Part shown: positions 42,170-59,084 of the stretch, one piece after another
How positions within the stretch are numbered: the first letter of the stretch is position 1
How the letters are laid out: each line of letters starts with the position of its first letter
DNA from: Octopus vulgaris
Taxonomy: Eukaryota
Assembly: GCA_951406725.2 (NCBI GenBank)
Contig: OX597833.1
Location: forward strand, 29,636,001-29,700,000
DNA: 64,000 nucleotides
Reading direction: 5' to 3'
Program-made: the position numbers and the translations under genes
Notes under the pieces: generated by a model
What the model saw: the letters and a program-made list of their open reading frames with translations, nothing else
The model's database searches: none
What the model was told of the DNA's origin: nothing

Positions 42170-42740
42170 GAAATATTAAAATTACTAAGTCTCTCTAAAA
42201 GAGAACAGCGGCAGCGTTCCCGGAAAATAATAGTTATCGCCATACTAATATGGCATTCTTATAAAAATAAGAAAAAAGCTGTCCGCTTATTAGCTCCATG
42301 AGGCCATCGCCTTAAGTTAGCTATTTGATACACAAACTGTATCCATATAACCTTCGAACAAGGGAGGTCAGTCGCTCCACACTACTTGACCGGCAGCTAC
42401 AGACAAAGGGGCAATACTCCGAAACGCGTCTGTAGCTGCCGGTCAAGTAGTGTGGAGCGACTGACCTCCCTTGTTCGAAGGTTATATGGATACAGTTTGT
42501 GTATCAAATAGCTAACTTAAGGCGATGGCCTCATGGAGCTAATAAGTGGACAGCTTTTTTCTTATTTTTATAAGAATGCCATATTAGTATGGCGATAACT
42601 ATTATTTTCCGGAACGCTGCCGCTGTTCTCTTTTAGAGAGACTTAGTAATTTTAATATTTCTATTATTGAAAACAAGTGGATGTATTCCACCGAAACTAG
42701 GTAAATAAAACCATCGAACAGAGATTGTCGGAAGCGACAC

Positions 42741-42811
42741 CTACTGGCTGGCGACGCTGCATTGAAAAGGGGCAATACTCCGAAACGCGTCTGTAGCTGC
42801 CGGTCAAGTAG
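42741..42811 (+). ncRNA. Type I hammerhead ribozyme, U3-A8 core variant (predicted cleavage after C42791)
   Basis: gctgca-TTGAAAA-gggg caata ctcc-GAAA-cgcg-TC-tgtagc; stem I extends ctactggctggcg/tgccggtcaagtag. Confidence 0.8.
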
Positions 42812-43101
42812 TGCGGAGCGACTGACCTCCCTTGTTCGAAGGTTATATGGATACAGTTTGTGTATCAAATAGCTAACTTAAGGCGATGGCCTCATGGAGC
42901 TAATAAGTGGACAGCTTTTTCTTATTTTTATAAGAATGCCATATTAGTATGGCGATAACTATTATTTTCCGGGAACGCTGCCGCTGTTCTCTTTTAGAGA
43001 GACTTAGTAATTTTAATATTTCTATTATTGAAAACAAGTGGATGTATTCCACCGAAACTAGGTAAATAAAACCATCAAACAGAGATTGTCGGAAGCGACA
43101 C

Positions 43102-43172
43102 CTACTGGCTGGCTACGCTGCATTGAAAAGGGGCAATACTCCGAAACGCGTCTGTAGCTGCCGGTCAAGTAG
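43102..43172 (+). ncRNA. Type I hammerhead ribozyme, U3-A8 core variant (predicted cleavage after C43152)
   Basis: Second complete copy, same core as 42741-42811. Confidence 0.8.
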
Positions 43173-43324
43173 TGTGGAGCGACTGACCTCCCTTGTTCGA
43201 AGGTTATATGGATACAGTTTGTGTATCAAATAGCTAACTTAAGGCGATGGCCTCATGGAGCTAATAAGCGGACAGCTTTTTTCTTATTTTTATAAGAATG
43301 CCATATTAGTATGGCGATAACTAT

Positions 43325-45360
<2,036 letters not shown>

Positions 45361-45387
45361 AAATTTGAAACCATTATTATTATTATT

Positions 45388-45565
45388 AAGGTGATCAGCT
45401 AGCAGAACTGTTAGCAGGCAAGGCAAAATGTTTAGCAGCATTTCATCCATCTTTATGTCCTAAGCTTAAATTCTGCCTAGGTTGACTTTGCCTTTAATAC
45501 TTTTTGGGTCACTAAAATAAGTAACAGGTGAGTACTGGAGTCAATGTAATCAACTTACCCCTCCC
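45388..45565 (+). mobile_element. SINE family B, diverged
   Basis: aggtgatcagctagcagaactgttagc...gttgactttgccttt. Confidence 0.65.
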
Positions 45566-45568
45566 CCT

Positions 45569-46069
<501 letters not shown>

Positions 46070-46070
46070 C

Positions 46071-46440
46071 AGTGGCTGTGTGGTAAGTAGCTTACTAACC
46101 AACCACACGGTTGCGGGTTCAGTCCCCCTGCGTGGCATCTTGGGCAAGTGTCTTCTGCTATAGCCCCGGGCCGACCAATGCCTTGTGAGTGGATTTGGTA
46201 GACAGAAACTGAAAGAAGCCTGTCGTATATAGGTATATATATGTATATGTGTGGGTGTTTGTGTGTCTGTGTTTGTCCCCCTAGCATTGCTTGACAACCG
46301 ATGCTGGTGTGTTTACGTCCCCGTCACTTAGCGGTTCGGCAAAAAGAGACCGATAGAATAAATACTAAAAAGGTGGTGCTCCAGCATGGCCATGCAGTCA
46401 AATGGCTGAAACAAGTAAAAGAGTAAAAAGAGAGTAAAGA
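46071..46440 (+). mobile_element. SINE family A, near full length
   Basis: agtggctgtgtggtaagtagctt...ggttcagtccc...ggtgctccagcatggccatgcagtcaaatggctgaaacaagtaaaagag. Confidence 0.85.
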
Positions 46441-46442
46441 GT

Positions 46443-47035
<593 letters not shown>

Positions 47036-47064
47036 CATACACACACACACACACACATATATAT

Positions 47065-47258
<194 letters not shown>

Positions 47259-47290
47259 TTTATTTTAAGCAGCAGAAAATTCAACAAAAT

Positions 47291-47328
47291 CTGTTACTCT
47301 GAGTTTCTCGTTGCCGTTCATCAGACAG
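47291..47328 (-). ncRNA. Minimal type I hammerhead ribozyme (GUA triplet)
   Basis: ctgt-CTGATGA-acg gcaa cga-GAAA-ctcagag-TA-acag. Confidence 0.7.
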
Positions 47329-47338
47329 TGTTCACTCC

Positions 47339-47532
<194 letters not shown>

Positions 47533-47536
47533 TATA

Positions 47537-47896
47537 TTTGATTTTGATTTGATTTGATTTTTCCAGTTTCAGCTTATGAGCTGTGGCCATGCTGGGGCAC
47601 CGCCATTTGGTGTTGCTTCTTGGTTTCACTTCATGAAGGCTTTCTAGCAACTGCTATTTGGTGCATGAGAGAGTTCGATGCAGCTGCCCTCATCTGCACC
47701 TCCTGCCGTGAAGTTGGTTCATCTGGGACACCTGACAGGAAGAGATCCAGCTTCATTTTAAAGACATCTGTATCCACCCCATGCAGGTCTCTCAGGTTCT
47801 TCGGGAGGATATTGAAGAGCTGTGGGCGTCGGAAGCCCAGGCTATCACAGAATCTTGTCCTACATCTTGATGGCAAGTTTGGAGTCCTAGGCACCA

Positions 47897-47900
<4 letters not shown>
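47537..47900 (-). mobile_element. Duplicate of the CR1-group LINE 3' end (43826-44188)
   Basis: Near-identical sequence; a third partial copy lies at 48519-48666. Confidence 0.9.
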
Positions 47901-47993
<93 letters not shown>

Positions 47994-48201
47994 GCGAGAA
48001 TGAAGCAACAAGAATGGATAGGTTTTTAGTACAATCGTTTCATACAAGGACAGGTTTTATTAAAAGTTGCAAAAATTACAGCATATAAACGTGATACGAG
48101 ACACGTTTATATGCTGTAATTTTTGCAACTTTTAATAAAACCTGTCCTTGTATGAAACGATTGTACTAAAAACCTATCCATTCTTGTTGCTTCATTCTCG
48201 C
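47994..48201. repeat. 100-bp inverted repeat with 8-nt spacer
   Basis: 47994-48093 vs 48102-48201, no mismatch seen; loop atacgaga. Confidence 0.9.
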
Positions 48202-48320
48202 TTATAATCACCCCACATTACTGTATTGTTAAATCAGTATAGTTTTTTTTGGTGCATCTAAGTTAGGTACCATATTCAAGTAAATTCATTTAAATTAACT
48301 TGAATCTTTATTGCTTTTTG

Positions 48321-48356
<36 letters not shown>

Positions 48357-48666
48357 TATATATACGTTTAAATATTTGTTGTGCAAGATTTTTTATGTGA
48401 AGTCGTGTGTTGAAACAGATATTGTTATATTTCGGAATGGTCATATTGCCAGTTTAGCCAATAAAAACACACGCACTATATATTTGGTGTTATTTTGCTT
48501 CAGTGATATTTATTTTTTACATTTTAAAGACATCTGTATCCACCCCATGCAGGTCTCTCAGGTTCTTCGGGAGGATATTGAAGAGCTGTGGGTGTCGGAA
48601 GCCCAGGCTATCACAGAATCTTGTCCTACATCTTGATGGCAAGTTTGGAGTCCTAGGCACCACGCA

Positions 48667-48709
<43 letters not shown>

Positions 48710-48756
48710 GTACTTGTTTCAGTCATTTGACTGCGGCCATGCTGGGGCACCGCCTT

Positions 48757-48911
48757 TAGAGTGGTGAAAGAGTACAGCAGGGATCACCACCATCCCCTGC
48801 CGGAGCCTCGTGGAGCTTTTAGGTGTTTTCGCTCAATAAACACACACAATGCCCGGTCTGGGAATCGAAACCGCGATCCTCCGACCGCAAGTCCGCTGCC
48901 CTAACCACTGG

Positions 48912-48915
<4 letters not shown>
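48757..48915 (-). mobile_element. tRNA-derived SINE head (another family)
   Basis: tggcccagtggttagggcagcggac...ggtttcgattcccagaccggg (A and B boxes), followed by a non-tRNA body. Confidence 0.75.
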
Positions 48916-48993
<78 letters not shown>

Positions 48994-49025
48994 GCTAAAC
49001 TGGCAATATGACCATTCCGAAATAT

Positions 49026-49470
<445 letters not shown>

Positions 49471-49511
49471 TATATATATACACATATCTATATATATATA
49501 CATATATATAT

Positions 49512-49554
<43 letters not shown>

Positions 49555-49768
49555 TATATACATATATATATATATACACATATATATATATACATACATA
49601 TATATATATATATACATACATATATATATACATATATATATATATATATGTATATATATATGCACATAGAGATATATGCATGCGCAAATGAAGACACATA
49701 CAGTAGATATACAAAATGGCTGACGGTTAGTAAGGAGAGACACACAAATAAGAAAGAAGAAAGCAAAG

Positions 49769-49812
49769 GACCACTGATGCGGTCACAGGAGTGTGACGAA
49801 AGAACTCTGGCC
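49769..49812 (+). ncRNA. Hammerhead-like motif with an extra core base
   Basis: gacca-CTGATGCG-gtcaca ggag tgtgac-GAAA-gaac-TC-tggcc; lies in a 165-bp block (49661-49826) inverted at 50860-51026. Confidence 0.55.
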
Positions 49813-49825
49813 GAAATAAGATTAA

Positions 49826-50366
49826 GTGAGACCATAACCCGTGGCCTTCTACATGGGATGGAGCCAGCCTACGTATGCATACCTTCCCTTCTTGGGACAC
49901 AAAACTCTACTTGTGGAGACCTGTTGAGGCAAGTGAGGATCAGAATCGAAATCGATCAATGGAAATTGCAGATGTGTTACCAGTGCCGGTGGCATATAAG
50001 AGAACCATCCATTCGTGACTGTTGCCAGCGCCGCCCCGACTGGCCTCGTGCCGGTGGCACATAAAAAGCACCATCCGTTCGTGTCCGTTGCCATCCTCGC
50101 GTGGCCCCCATGCCGGTGGCACATAAAAAGCACCATCCGTTCGTGGCCGTATGCCAGCTCTGTCTGGCACCTGTGCGGGTGGCACGTAAAAAGCACCCAC
50201 TACACTCACGGAGTGGTTGGCGTTAGGAAGGGCATCCAGCCGTAGAAACACTGCCAGATCTGACTATGCCTGATGAAGCCTTCCGGCTTCACAGACCCCA
50301 GTTGAACCGTCCAACCCATGCTAGCATGGAAAACGGACGCTAAATGATGATGATGATGATGATGAT
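49826..50366 (+). mobile_element. RTE LINE 3' UTR fragment with (GAT)n tail
   Basis: Matches 17243-17791; internal tgccggtggcac.taaaaagcacc repeats. Confidence 0.85.
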
Positions 50367-50392
50367 ATATACATATATGTATACATATATGT

Positions 50393-50443
<51 letters not shown>

Positions 50444-50531
50444 AATATATATAGATATATATACACACACACACACATATATATATATTTACATATATAC
50501 ATGTATATATATAAATATATTTATACATATA

Positions 50532-50660
<129 letters not shown>

Positions 50661-50661
50661 T

Positions 50662-50693
<32 letters not shown>

Positions 50694-50707
50694 TTTATAT
50701 ATATATG

Positions 50708-50756
<49 letters not shown>

Positions 50757-50874
50757 TGTTGTATTTAGGAATGGTCATTTTGTCAGTTTAGCCAATAAAA
50801 ACACACGCACTATATATTTGGTGTTGCTTAGCTTCAGCGTTATTTATTTTTTACATTAATCTTAATCTTATTCC

Positions 50875-50918
50875 GGCCAGAGTTCTTTCATCACACTCCT
50901 GTGACTGCATCAGTGGTC
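50875..50918 (-). ncRNA. Hammerhead-like motif with an extra core base (second copy)
   Basis: gacca-CTGATGCA-gtcaca ggag tgtgat-GAAA-gaac-TC-tggcc. Confidence 0.55.
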
Positions 50919-51173
50919 CTTTGCTTTCTTCTTTCTTATTTGTGTGTCTCTCCATACTAATCCTCAGCCATTTTGTATATCTACTGTATGTGTCTTCATT
51001 TGCGCATGCATATATCTCTATGTGCATCTATGTTTAGTTAGTGTGTGTGGGGGGAAATGCCTGTAATATTTGTATCTCTTGTTTATATACGTTCGTGTAA
51101 TTTGTTTTTGTTTTTGTTTATTCTTATTTTGTTTATGTCTTTACATCCACTTATTATTATTATTATTATTATT

Positions 51174-52503
51174 CTATGTTTGACTTTTGCTTTATATTTG
51201 TACAAGTTGGCTCCAAGTCTCACCCAGAGACCTCAAGAGACAACAGGGTTGGAAGTTCATGTTGTTGTTATGCCTAGTGTGCCATATATTTGGGGGGTGG
51301 GGATGTTGTACTAATGAATGTCTAAAAAAAAAAAAAAGTTTTTTTTTTTTTTTTTTTTTTTTTAACCGAAAATTATGTTTGTTTTAAACCTTGAGATTAC
51401 ATAGAGAGTATTTTGCGTAGGATATGAGCAGTTCCCATGAGCACTATCTTTTGAACTTCTGCCATTTTTGGGTTTCCTGGTATCTGAGTTAGGTAGCTAT
51501 CAGCCCCTTTTGCTATCATTCCCAGGGCACCTATGACAACAGGTATTGTTTTAGTCTTCAGCTTCCACATTTTGCTGATTTCTATTTCAAGATCTTTATA
51601 TTTGCTCAGTTTTTGGTAGGTCTTGACAGATACGTTTATATCGATTGGGACAGTCATATCAATGAGGAGGCATGTTCTTTGTTTGAAGTTTTTCAATATG
51701 ATGTCTGGCCTATTTGCATCTATCTTCCTGTCAGTTTGAATGGTGAAGTTCCAGAGGAGTGAGATGTGGTCATTTTCAAGCACTGGGGGTGGTTTGTGTT
51801 CCCACCAGTTTTTTTCATGGGGCAAATCCAGGTTTTTACAGATTACCCAGTGAATATATTGTGCAGCTCTATCGTGCCTGTTGAGATACTCTGTAGGCGC
51901 TAGAAGACTGCACTTGGAGACCACATGGTCAATGGTTTCATTTTGTTGCTTGCATACACGACACGTTGGACTGCTTCTGATCTTTAATATGTTGGCCTGG
52001 TAGTTTCTTGTTGGTAGGCATTGATCTTGAGCTGCTATGATAAACCCCTCTGTTTCAGATTTTAAGCCAGAGGCCATTAGCCATTGATGGGTCAGGGCTT
52101 TGTCGATATCTGCATTATTCGCTCTCTTTGGGTATTTGCCATAGAGAGGTTTTTCTTGCCATTTATTATTCAGAATATCTAAGGCCGCAGTTTTGGCACG
52201 GGTTTTCATGCGCCTAGCTTTTTCTGTGCTTGTTTCTTGTATATCTATCTCTAATTCCGAAATTGGTTGTATTCGGAATTCACTTAGATATTCCTTTGCC
52301 TGTTTTGTGACTGAGTATGATGCTTTCTTGTTTTCATGTTTTGAGACAAGTTTTAGCATCCAGTCCTCAGAGTTTTTCAGGTAGGTGTCTAGGCCAATTG
52401 TAGCAATCTTCATTGTTATTGCCAGTTGCAAAAGACCACGGCCTCCCTCTTTTCTTGGCAGATAGAGTCGTTCTGTATCTGCCTTAGGGTGGTGCATTCT
52501 ATG
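51174..52503 (-). mobile_element. 5'-truncated R4/Dong-like RLE retrotransposon inside (TAA)n
   Basis: Open 366-aa ORF (51397-52497): RLYLPRKEGGRGL, CRVC...ETIDHVVSKC, RHD, NRPDII...LIDMTVP...KLSKY, PVVIGALG; (att)n on both sides. Confidence 0.92.
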
Positions 52504-52504
52504 C

Positions 52505-52547
<43 letters not shown>

Positions 52548-52639
52548 ATTATTATTATTATTGTTATTATTATTATCATTATCATTATTATTATTATTAT
52601 GTATGTATGTATGTATGTATAGCAATAATAATAGTAATA

Positions 52640-53200
52640 ATGAAAAAAAATGTATATAGTTATTTATTTCCATTTGTTTATTTATCTGTGTATTTTATTT
52701 TATTGTTTTCGGTTTTGTTTATATTGTAACCAATTTATGGTGATCCTCTTCTGTCATATGTTGTGGTGTGTGCTTATGTTCCATTCCAGTTTCCTATTCA
52801 GACTAGGTTTATCATTTATTATGCGTGTAGCTTCCATAATTTGTCTGATTGTTGCGTCTGTTCTATGTGTGGACAAGATTTTAACTTCTATGTTGTTGAT
52901 TGAGCCCCCATGTTCCTGCTCGGCATGTTGGTACAGAGCCGATGAGCTCTTTCCTTCCTTAAGTTCTCTCCAATGTTCATTTACCCGCTCTCCTATGCTC
53001 CGTGCCTTTTCCCCTACGTATGTCATTGTCTTGTTACTCATCTTCCCTCTATACATCTTATACTATAAACTATATTTCTGGCTTTACAGTTTGTTTGTGG
53101 GGTAAATCTACTCACAGTACAGTACCTATCCGTACAGGGGGTTCTACTAAAAGGGTAGGTTCTACCAATTATGGATTTGATAGGGTTGCCTGGCCTTTCA
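52640..53200 (-). mobile_element. Penelope-like element, GIY-YIG endonuclease C-terminal fragment
   Basis: YVGEKARSIGERVNEH...SALYQH...EATRIINDKPSLNR. Confidence 0.85.
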
Positions 53201-54799
53201 ACTCTTGAAATGTAGATGGTATATAGTGGCCAAATCAGTAGACTAAATGCCCTTCACTATCTAGTTACATTGCTTTACATTCTCAATTCAAATCCGAGTT
53301 CAGTTTCTGGCATTGATAAAATATGCAGCACTCAAAAATTGGGACTTACCAAGGCTGTATGGATAGGAAGTTTATTTCATAGCCATGCCTCTTAGGTACC
53401 ATTCCACTGTGCGAGACCTTAAGCAAATGTCTTCTACTATAGACTCGGGTTGGCCAATGCTTTTTGAGAGAAATTTGATAGATAGAAACTATATGGAAGC
53501 CTGTCAGGTGTATGTATGTGTTTACTTTTTCTGTCTTCACACAGCACCATTTGATTGATGGGTGATGTTATGCTTATGCCACTTGTAATCAAATTATCCT
53601 GTAGCTGGATGGTTTTATCAGACTCATCAGTTTCATTTAATGACCAGGGAAATAAAAATACCTTAGTTGGACAACAAGTAAGAATTATCAACAAGAAGAG
53701 CATCCAACTGCAGAATACTATATGTCCTGTCCAACCATGCCAGTGTTGAAGAGGCAGAGGTAAAAATACTCTCTGCTAAAATTTACTGTTATATGCTTAT
53801 GACAGAAATTAATATTTGTTTTGTCACTTAAAAAGGGCTGAAGGTTCATCAATATATTTTAATACAAATTTCAAAATTTTGATAAAAGATAACACAGAAC
53901 ATGATGTTAACATTTATTCTAATGCAAAAGAAATGAAATATGTATGTCTATGATAGAAATTATTATTATTTGTCATAGATTTGAGAAATTTACTCTACAA
54001 CCATCTGATTTTATGTTCAATCCCACTCCATATCAAACTGGCCAAGTGTCTTCTACAATAGTCTCAGACTAACCAATACCTTGTGAGTGAAATTTGATTG
54101 AAGGAAGCCTGTTGTATAAGTGTGTGTGTGCATGTCTGTGTGTTTAATGTATGTGAGTGCTTGTTTCTGTGTGTCTTCACATTATCACATTCTGATAAAA
54201 AAAGGCAATTCTTTTTTCTTCCCAATTTCATCTCTTGCAGATAATATGTCCCATACTTTGGTAGTTTCAAAGAATGAAGACCAGATTAAAAACCAAAGGA
54301 GAACTGGCAACAAGAGTTTCTGCAAGTAGCAAACTGTTACAGTTAGCTTTGTTCAATCTATGCTCATTCGTAAAAACTGGGTGTAAAAACAAAACAAAAC
54401 CAAGTTGTTGTATCACAGAACTGGGTCTTGGAATTTAATGTGTCACATAGACATGACACAAGGGTCAACTTGTTTTTATTGACATGAGTGAAATGTTGCT
54501 CCAGTTGATGTATCACTCCATCTGACATTGGAGGCCTGTGACTGTTAACCTGGTCCCAGAGCTCCTTGTTTTCCTGCCATGAGGAGGCTGATGGCAGTAG
54601 AAGGTGGGATTTAAATTCAGAATGCAAAGATCCAAAATAGATACCACAAGGCATCTTATTCAATGCTTTAACATTTCCACCAATCCACTACTTGGACTGG
54701 TATTTTATACATTGAATACAAGAGGATAAAAAGAAAAGTTTATCTCAGCACAATTTGAACTCAGAATATAAGAACAAATGCCATCAAGCTTTCTCTCCA

Positions 54800-54955
54800 A
54801 CTCTCTAACAGCTCTTCCAATTCATCACCTTATTGCATCAGCTGCAAGCCTGGGTGTTACCATCCATAATGCAGAGGAGAGACAAATCAATAACTACAGG
54901 AGCCTGACCAGTCACTATCGGTTTGTGCCAGTTGTTGTCAAGATGTTTCTCATCG
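54800..54955 (+). mobile_element. Possible CRE-like RLE retrotransposon C-terminal remnant
   Basis: AEERQINNYRSLTSHYRFVPVVV resembles the AE..K..KY..L...Y.F.P pattern. Confidence 0.35.
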
Positions 54956-57634
54956 AATTCATCACTTTTTCTCATATTCTGGTAAGTTCCATCAAGATCT
55001 TCCCTCAACACCAATTAGCATTTATTGAGTGAAAACCAGGTTTCTTTTTTATTTTCATAAATGTTCTTTTGTAAATTCTTCTGGAATATGAGGTCATTAC
55101 AAGTAAAAGGAGCCAACCATCTCAACTAACCAAATCAGAGATCCTCTTATATGATTGTTAGGAACAGTACTTACTTTCTCCTCAAACTTGCATGCCCATG
55201 TCTTTAAAAAGTAGGGCTTTATGAATAATGTAGAGTGAAACAAAGAAGGTATTGGTCACAACTAAAATGCTTTTGTTCATAAGTCTGCTTGAGTAAAGCT
55301 GACCTGGAGTTAATCACCATCACCACTGATGCCTCTGTTACCACTATCACCAACAACAATAACAACCTCAGTCTATGTATGGCTATAGATGAAATAAAAA
55401 TGTTTTTTCACATCTGTATGTCATTCCAAAATGACACTTGTAATTCTGTGAAAATTTTCTTGAAACGAGTTTGAAGGCTAAATGTTACCAGAAGTTAATC
55501 ATGTCAAGAGCATTTGGAACTGAGGGAAGCTCATCAAATTTCATTTTCTATGAATATGTTTCATTTCTATTTTACTTGGTATTTTATGTTCATTAAGTTA
55601 AAATAGGCTTATAAATGAGAGTATGTAGTTTTCTTCAGTAAAATCATGAAACAACTTTTAAATGACTTATGCAATAATTTGATTTTTTCAATATATTTTA
55701 TAACTTTGCCATTGTCCCAGTACATTTACTTTGCTTTTTTAAGTGTAGAAACTGGTTCAAATATTTATCTTATAGTTGGGAGATGAAAGTTTCAATTTCA
55801 TATTCAATACATTGCACTAATTTACTAAGTAAGAAAACAATTTATTCTTACCCTGCAGTTTCAAATTTAGATCACTGAGATGAGCAGTTACATTAACTAA
55901 AAATACTTAATTGTTACCACATAAAAGGATACTCTCTTCAGGCAGCTCATTTTCTTTCTTGTAGAAAATTATGAACAAAATTATTTTAGTTTCAAAAATA
56001 AATTCAGAACCTTCCCTTCAAAAAGCCAGCATACTTCACAATGGAGGATTACTATATTCCAAACAAACATTTTGCAATATTCTCTAAATTCTTGTCTATT
56101 TAATGTTCTTGCTTTAATTTTATTTGACAAGTGTTAGCATAACATGCTACAAGTTTATAGTTTTTCCACACAATAACCTTTGGTGTATAAAGCAGTCATA
56201 TATTAGTTAAAGATGATCTATGCACAAAAAGGTCTAGTCCTGATGTTTCTACTGATCATTGACAAAGTTCTTTCATTACAAATACTGATACATTTACTGA
56301 GATTCATTAGTAGATTATTCTTGTGAAATGAATACAAGAAAGATAAACTCTTTAAAGGCAGTAAAATTGTTATCATTCCTTATAAAAATATGTAACTAGG
56401 TCATATCACACATCAGTAAATTCACTGAAAACTACAGAAAACCAAGTGCAAACATGTAAAAGGCCTTTCAGTTGTTTAAATACTACATGGGAGAGTTCTT
56501 TGGTGAGTCTTGTCTCTGTTTGCTTTGGGAAAACAATTTCAATATTTTTGTCACACATCACATCGAATATTTGGAGAAAGGCCTAACATTTTCTTCTACA
56601 ATCAAAGGTTTCTGTTTTTTGGCCAATTGGAACTTCTTCCCTCACCAGACTTTCACAAATTCCTCCTATAGATATATTTCGACATCTTTTGATTTTCCCC
56701 TTTTTTTTCCTATCTCAATCTTTCCTATATTCAGATCCAATCACTATGTTGTTTTCCTTCTGTTTTCCTATAGTTACTATGTTTTGTAGTGTCTAGTAGG
56801 ATTATATGTTCCATTAATGGAAAATCTACATAACTGTTCAGCAAAAAAGTTTGCTTCATAACTAGAGTTTCAAGTCTATCTCATAGCATGACACTTTGAG
56901 CAAGTGTTTTTGCTATAAAGTCAGGCTAACCAATACTTTGTAAGTAGAACTGTTTGATGGAAACTACTCGGGAGCCCATCATCTACATATTTCTGTATTG
57001 TGTGTATGCAGTTAGTGAGAGGGAAATATAGTTGAATAAGGTGTTGGTTAGTGTAACATGTATTGTCAAGTGAGCATTGCATCGTTTTTAATCATCCAAT
57101 GCACTAATTTTTGCACATGCACCCTAGAATGGCCATCTCTGTTGCTGAGGCTTTCTTGTGGGCATGTTGGTCTGATACGATGTTTGGTAAGTCACTAATA
57201 AAACTAATAAAAGAGGAGAAAATTACAAAGTATGTTCGTGTGTGTGTTTGTGTGTGTATAGATGTCATAAACCATGTGAATTGGATATATGGAAACAATG
57301 GAAGCTTGTCATATGTAGTTTAAAGAGATAGCTTTGTTACACATTTTGCTATGCTGATTCTGCATATATGTGTGTGTGGGGAATATGCAGCCATTTACAC
57401 TATAATTCAATGAGTGATCAGTTCAAATTGCTGGAATAGATATTGTTGACATCTATGTGAGATACATCATGTATATAAATATTTACAAACGGACGTTAAA
57501 CGAAACATATATACACACACACACACACATATATATATAGGTTAATCCAAACGGGAAAACAGAAAAAACAACAACACGTGGAACAATTACAGTATTATTA
57601 TTATTAGGCGCTCAGGAAAATGGAAGAAGGAGGG

Positions 57635-57683
<49 letters not shown>

Positions 57684-57684
<1 letters not shown>

Positions 57685-58974
57685 GAGGGACGTTCAATAA
57701 GTAATGCCTCTGACCCACTTGCAGTTGTTTGATCTAGCTGAAATTTTGCATGTGCAATCATTTATATCTCTATAGAGTAAGTGGAAAATTACAGCTCTGA
57801 ATTAATTGTGGTTTCTGATTTACAGGTGTTTGAACCGAGTCAAGTGTGAAATGGAACCTGTTGAGTGTCGAGCAGTGATCCGGTTTTTGTATTTGAAAGG
57901 ACGCACACCACGGGAGACTTTTGATGAAATGAAAGTAACTTATGGTGATGATGCTCCATCATATGACCTTGTAAAATGCTGGCATCGTGAATTCAAACAT
58001 GGTCGGAACTCTGTGGAAACAGCTCCCAGATCTGGTCGCCCCCTTCTGCCATTGATGAGGCATCTGTCCGTCAAGTTGAGGCTGCCATTTTGGAAGATCG
58101 ACGCATAATTATTCGCCAAATAGCCCATGAGGTCAAGATTAGTACCAGGTCTGTGGAAACTATCATTCATGACCATTTGCATATGCAAAAGGTGTCTGCC
58201 AGATGGATTCCCAGGTTGCTCACGCCTTTCCAGAAGCAAGAACGCGTCGAGTGCTCGAGGGTGAATTTGAAGATGTGCCAAGAAGATGAGTCAAAATTTT
58301 TCAAAAGACTGATTACACAGGATGAAACCTGGGTCCATCACGATGATCCAGAGACAAAAGCCCAGTCAATGCAGTGGAAGTACCGTGACTCACCTCCTCC
58401 AAAGAAGGCAAGGGTGCAGCCCTCCGCTGGCATGGTCATGCTCACAGTCTTCTGGGACCAGGACGGAGTAGTGATGACAGATTTCCTGGCAAGGGGTACC
58501 ACAATTGCAGGAGCCTATTATGCTTCACTTTTGAGGAAATTAAGAGAAGTTATCAAAATCAAGAGGCGGGGCAAGATCAGCAAAGGCATCCTCCTCCTGC
58601 AGGACAACGCTCCGGTCCACAACTCGCTTGTCGCCAGATCAGAAGCACAGGCGTATGGCTATGAACTCCTCCCCATCCCCCCTACTTTCCTGACCTTGCA
58701 CCCTCTGATTTTCACCTCTTCCCAATCATGAAGTTGTTTTTTAAAGGAAAGCGTTTCCCAGATGATGCAGCCTTGATTTCTGAAGTCACGTTGAGGTTGG
58801 AGGACCAAGCTGGGTTCTTCTACAAAAACGGTCTCCAGAGCCACATCAAACGATGGGAGAAATGCATAACTCTGGGTGGTTCCTATGTAGAAAAAGACTA
58901 ATAACTGTGCCAAGTTTCGTTGCTCTACTGCTATGGGAAGTGGGTCAGGGGCATTACTTATTGAACACCCCTCG
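57684..58974 (+). mobile_element. Full-length mariner (irritans-like) with TIRs and TA TSD; transposase frameshifted
   Basis: ta-cgagggacgttcaataagtaatgcctctgacccactt vs aagtgggtcaggggcattacttattgaacacccctcg-ta; MEPVECRAVIRFL (57851), ARWIPRLLT, TQDETW, QDNAPVH, PDLAPSDFHLF; two frameshifts. Confidence 0.95.
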
Positions 58975-59084
58975 TATATATATACTTACACACTTGTATG
59001 TATGTGTGCCTGTCTGTTTGCATATAAATGATTATGTAGTTAGTGATAATCCCCACTTTTTTTTCTACTGTAGGTACAAGACCT

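Noticed and set aside
48845-48915. Functional tRNA gene
   Set aside because: A and B boxes are present but there is no complete acceptor stem, and it runs into a SINE body
54240-54329. Plus-strand exon after a polypyrimidine tract and AG
   Set aside because: Short, no recognisable product and no good donor site
57851-58901. Active or domesticated (SETMAR-like) transposase gene
   Set aside because: Two frameshifts, intact TIRs and TA TSD, no SET domain: an ordinary dead mariner
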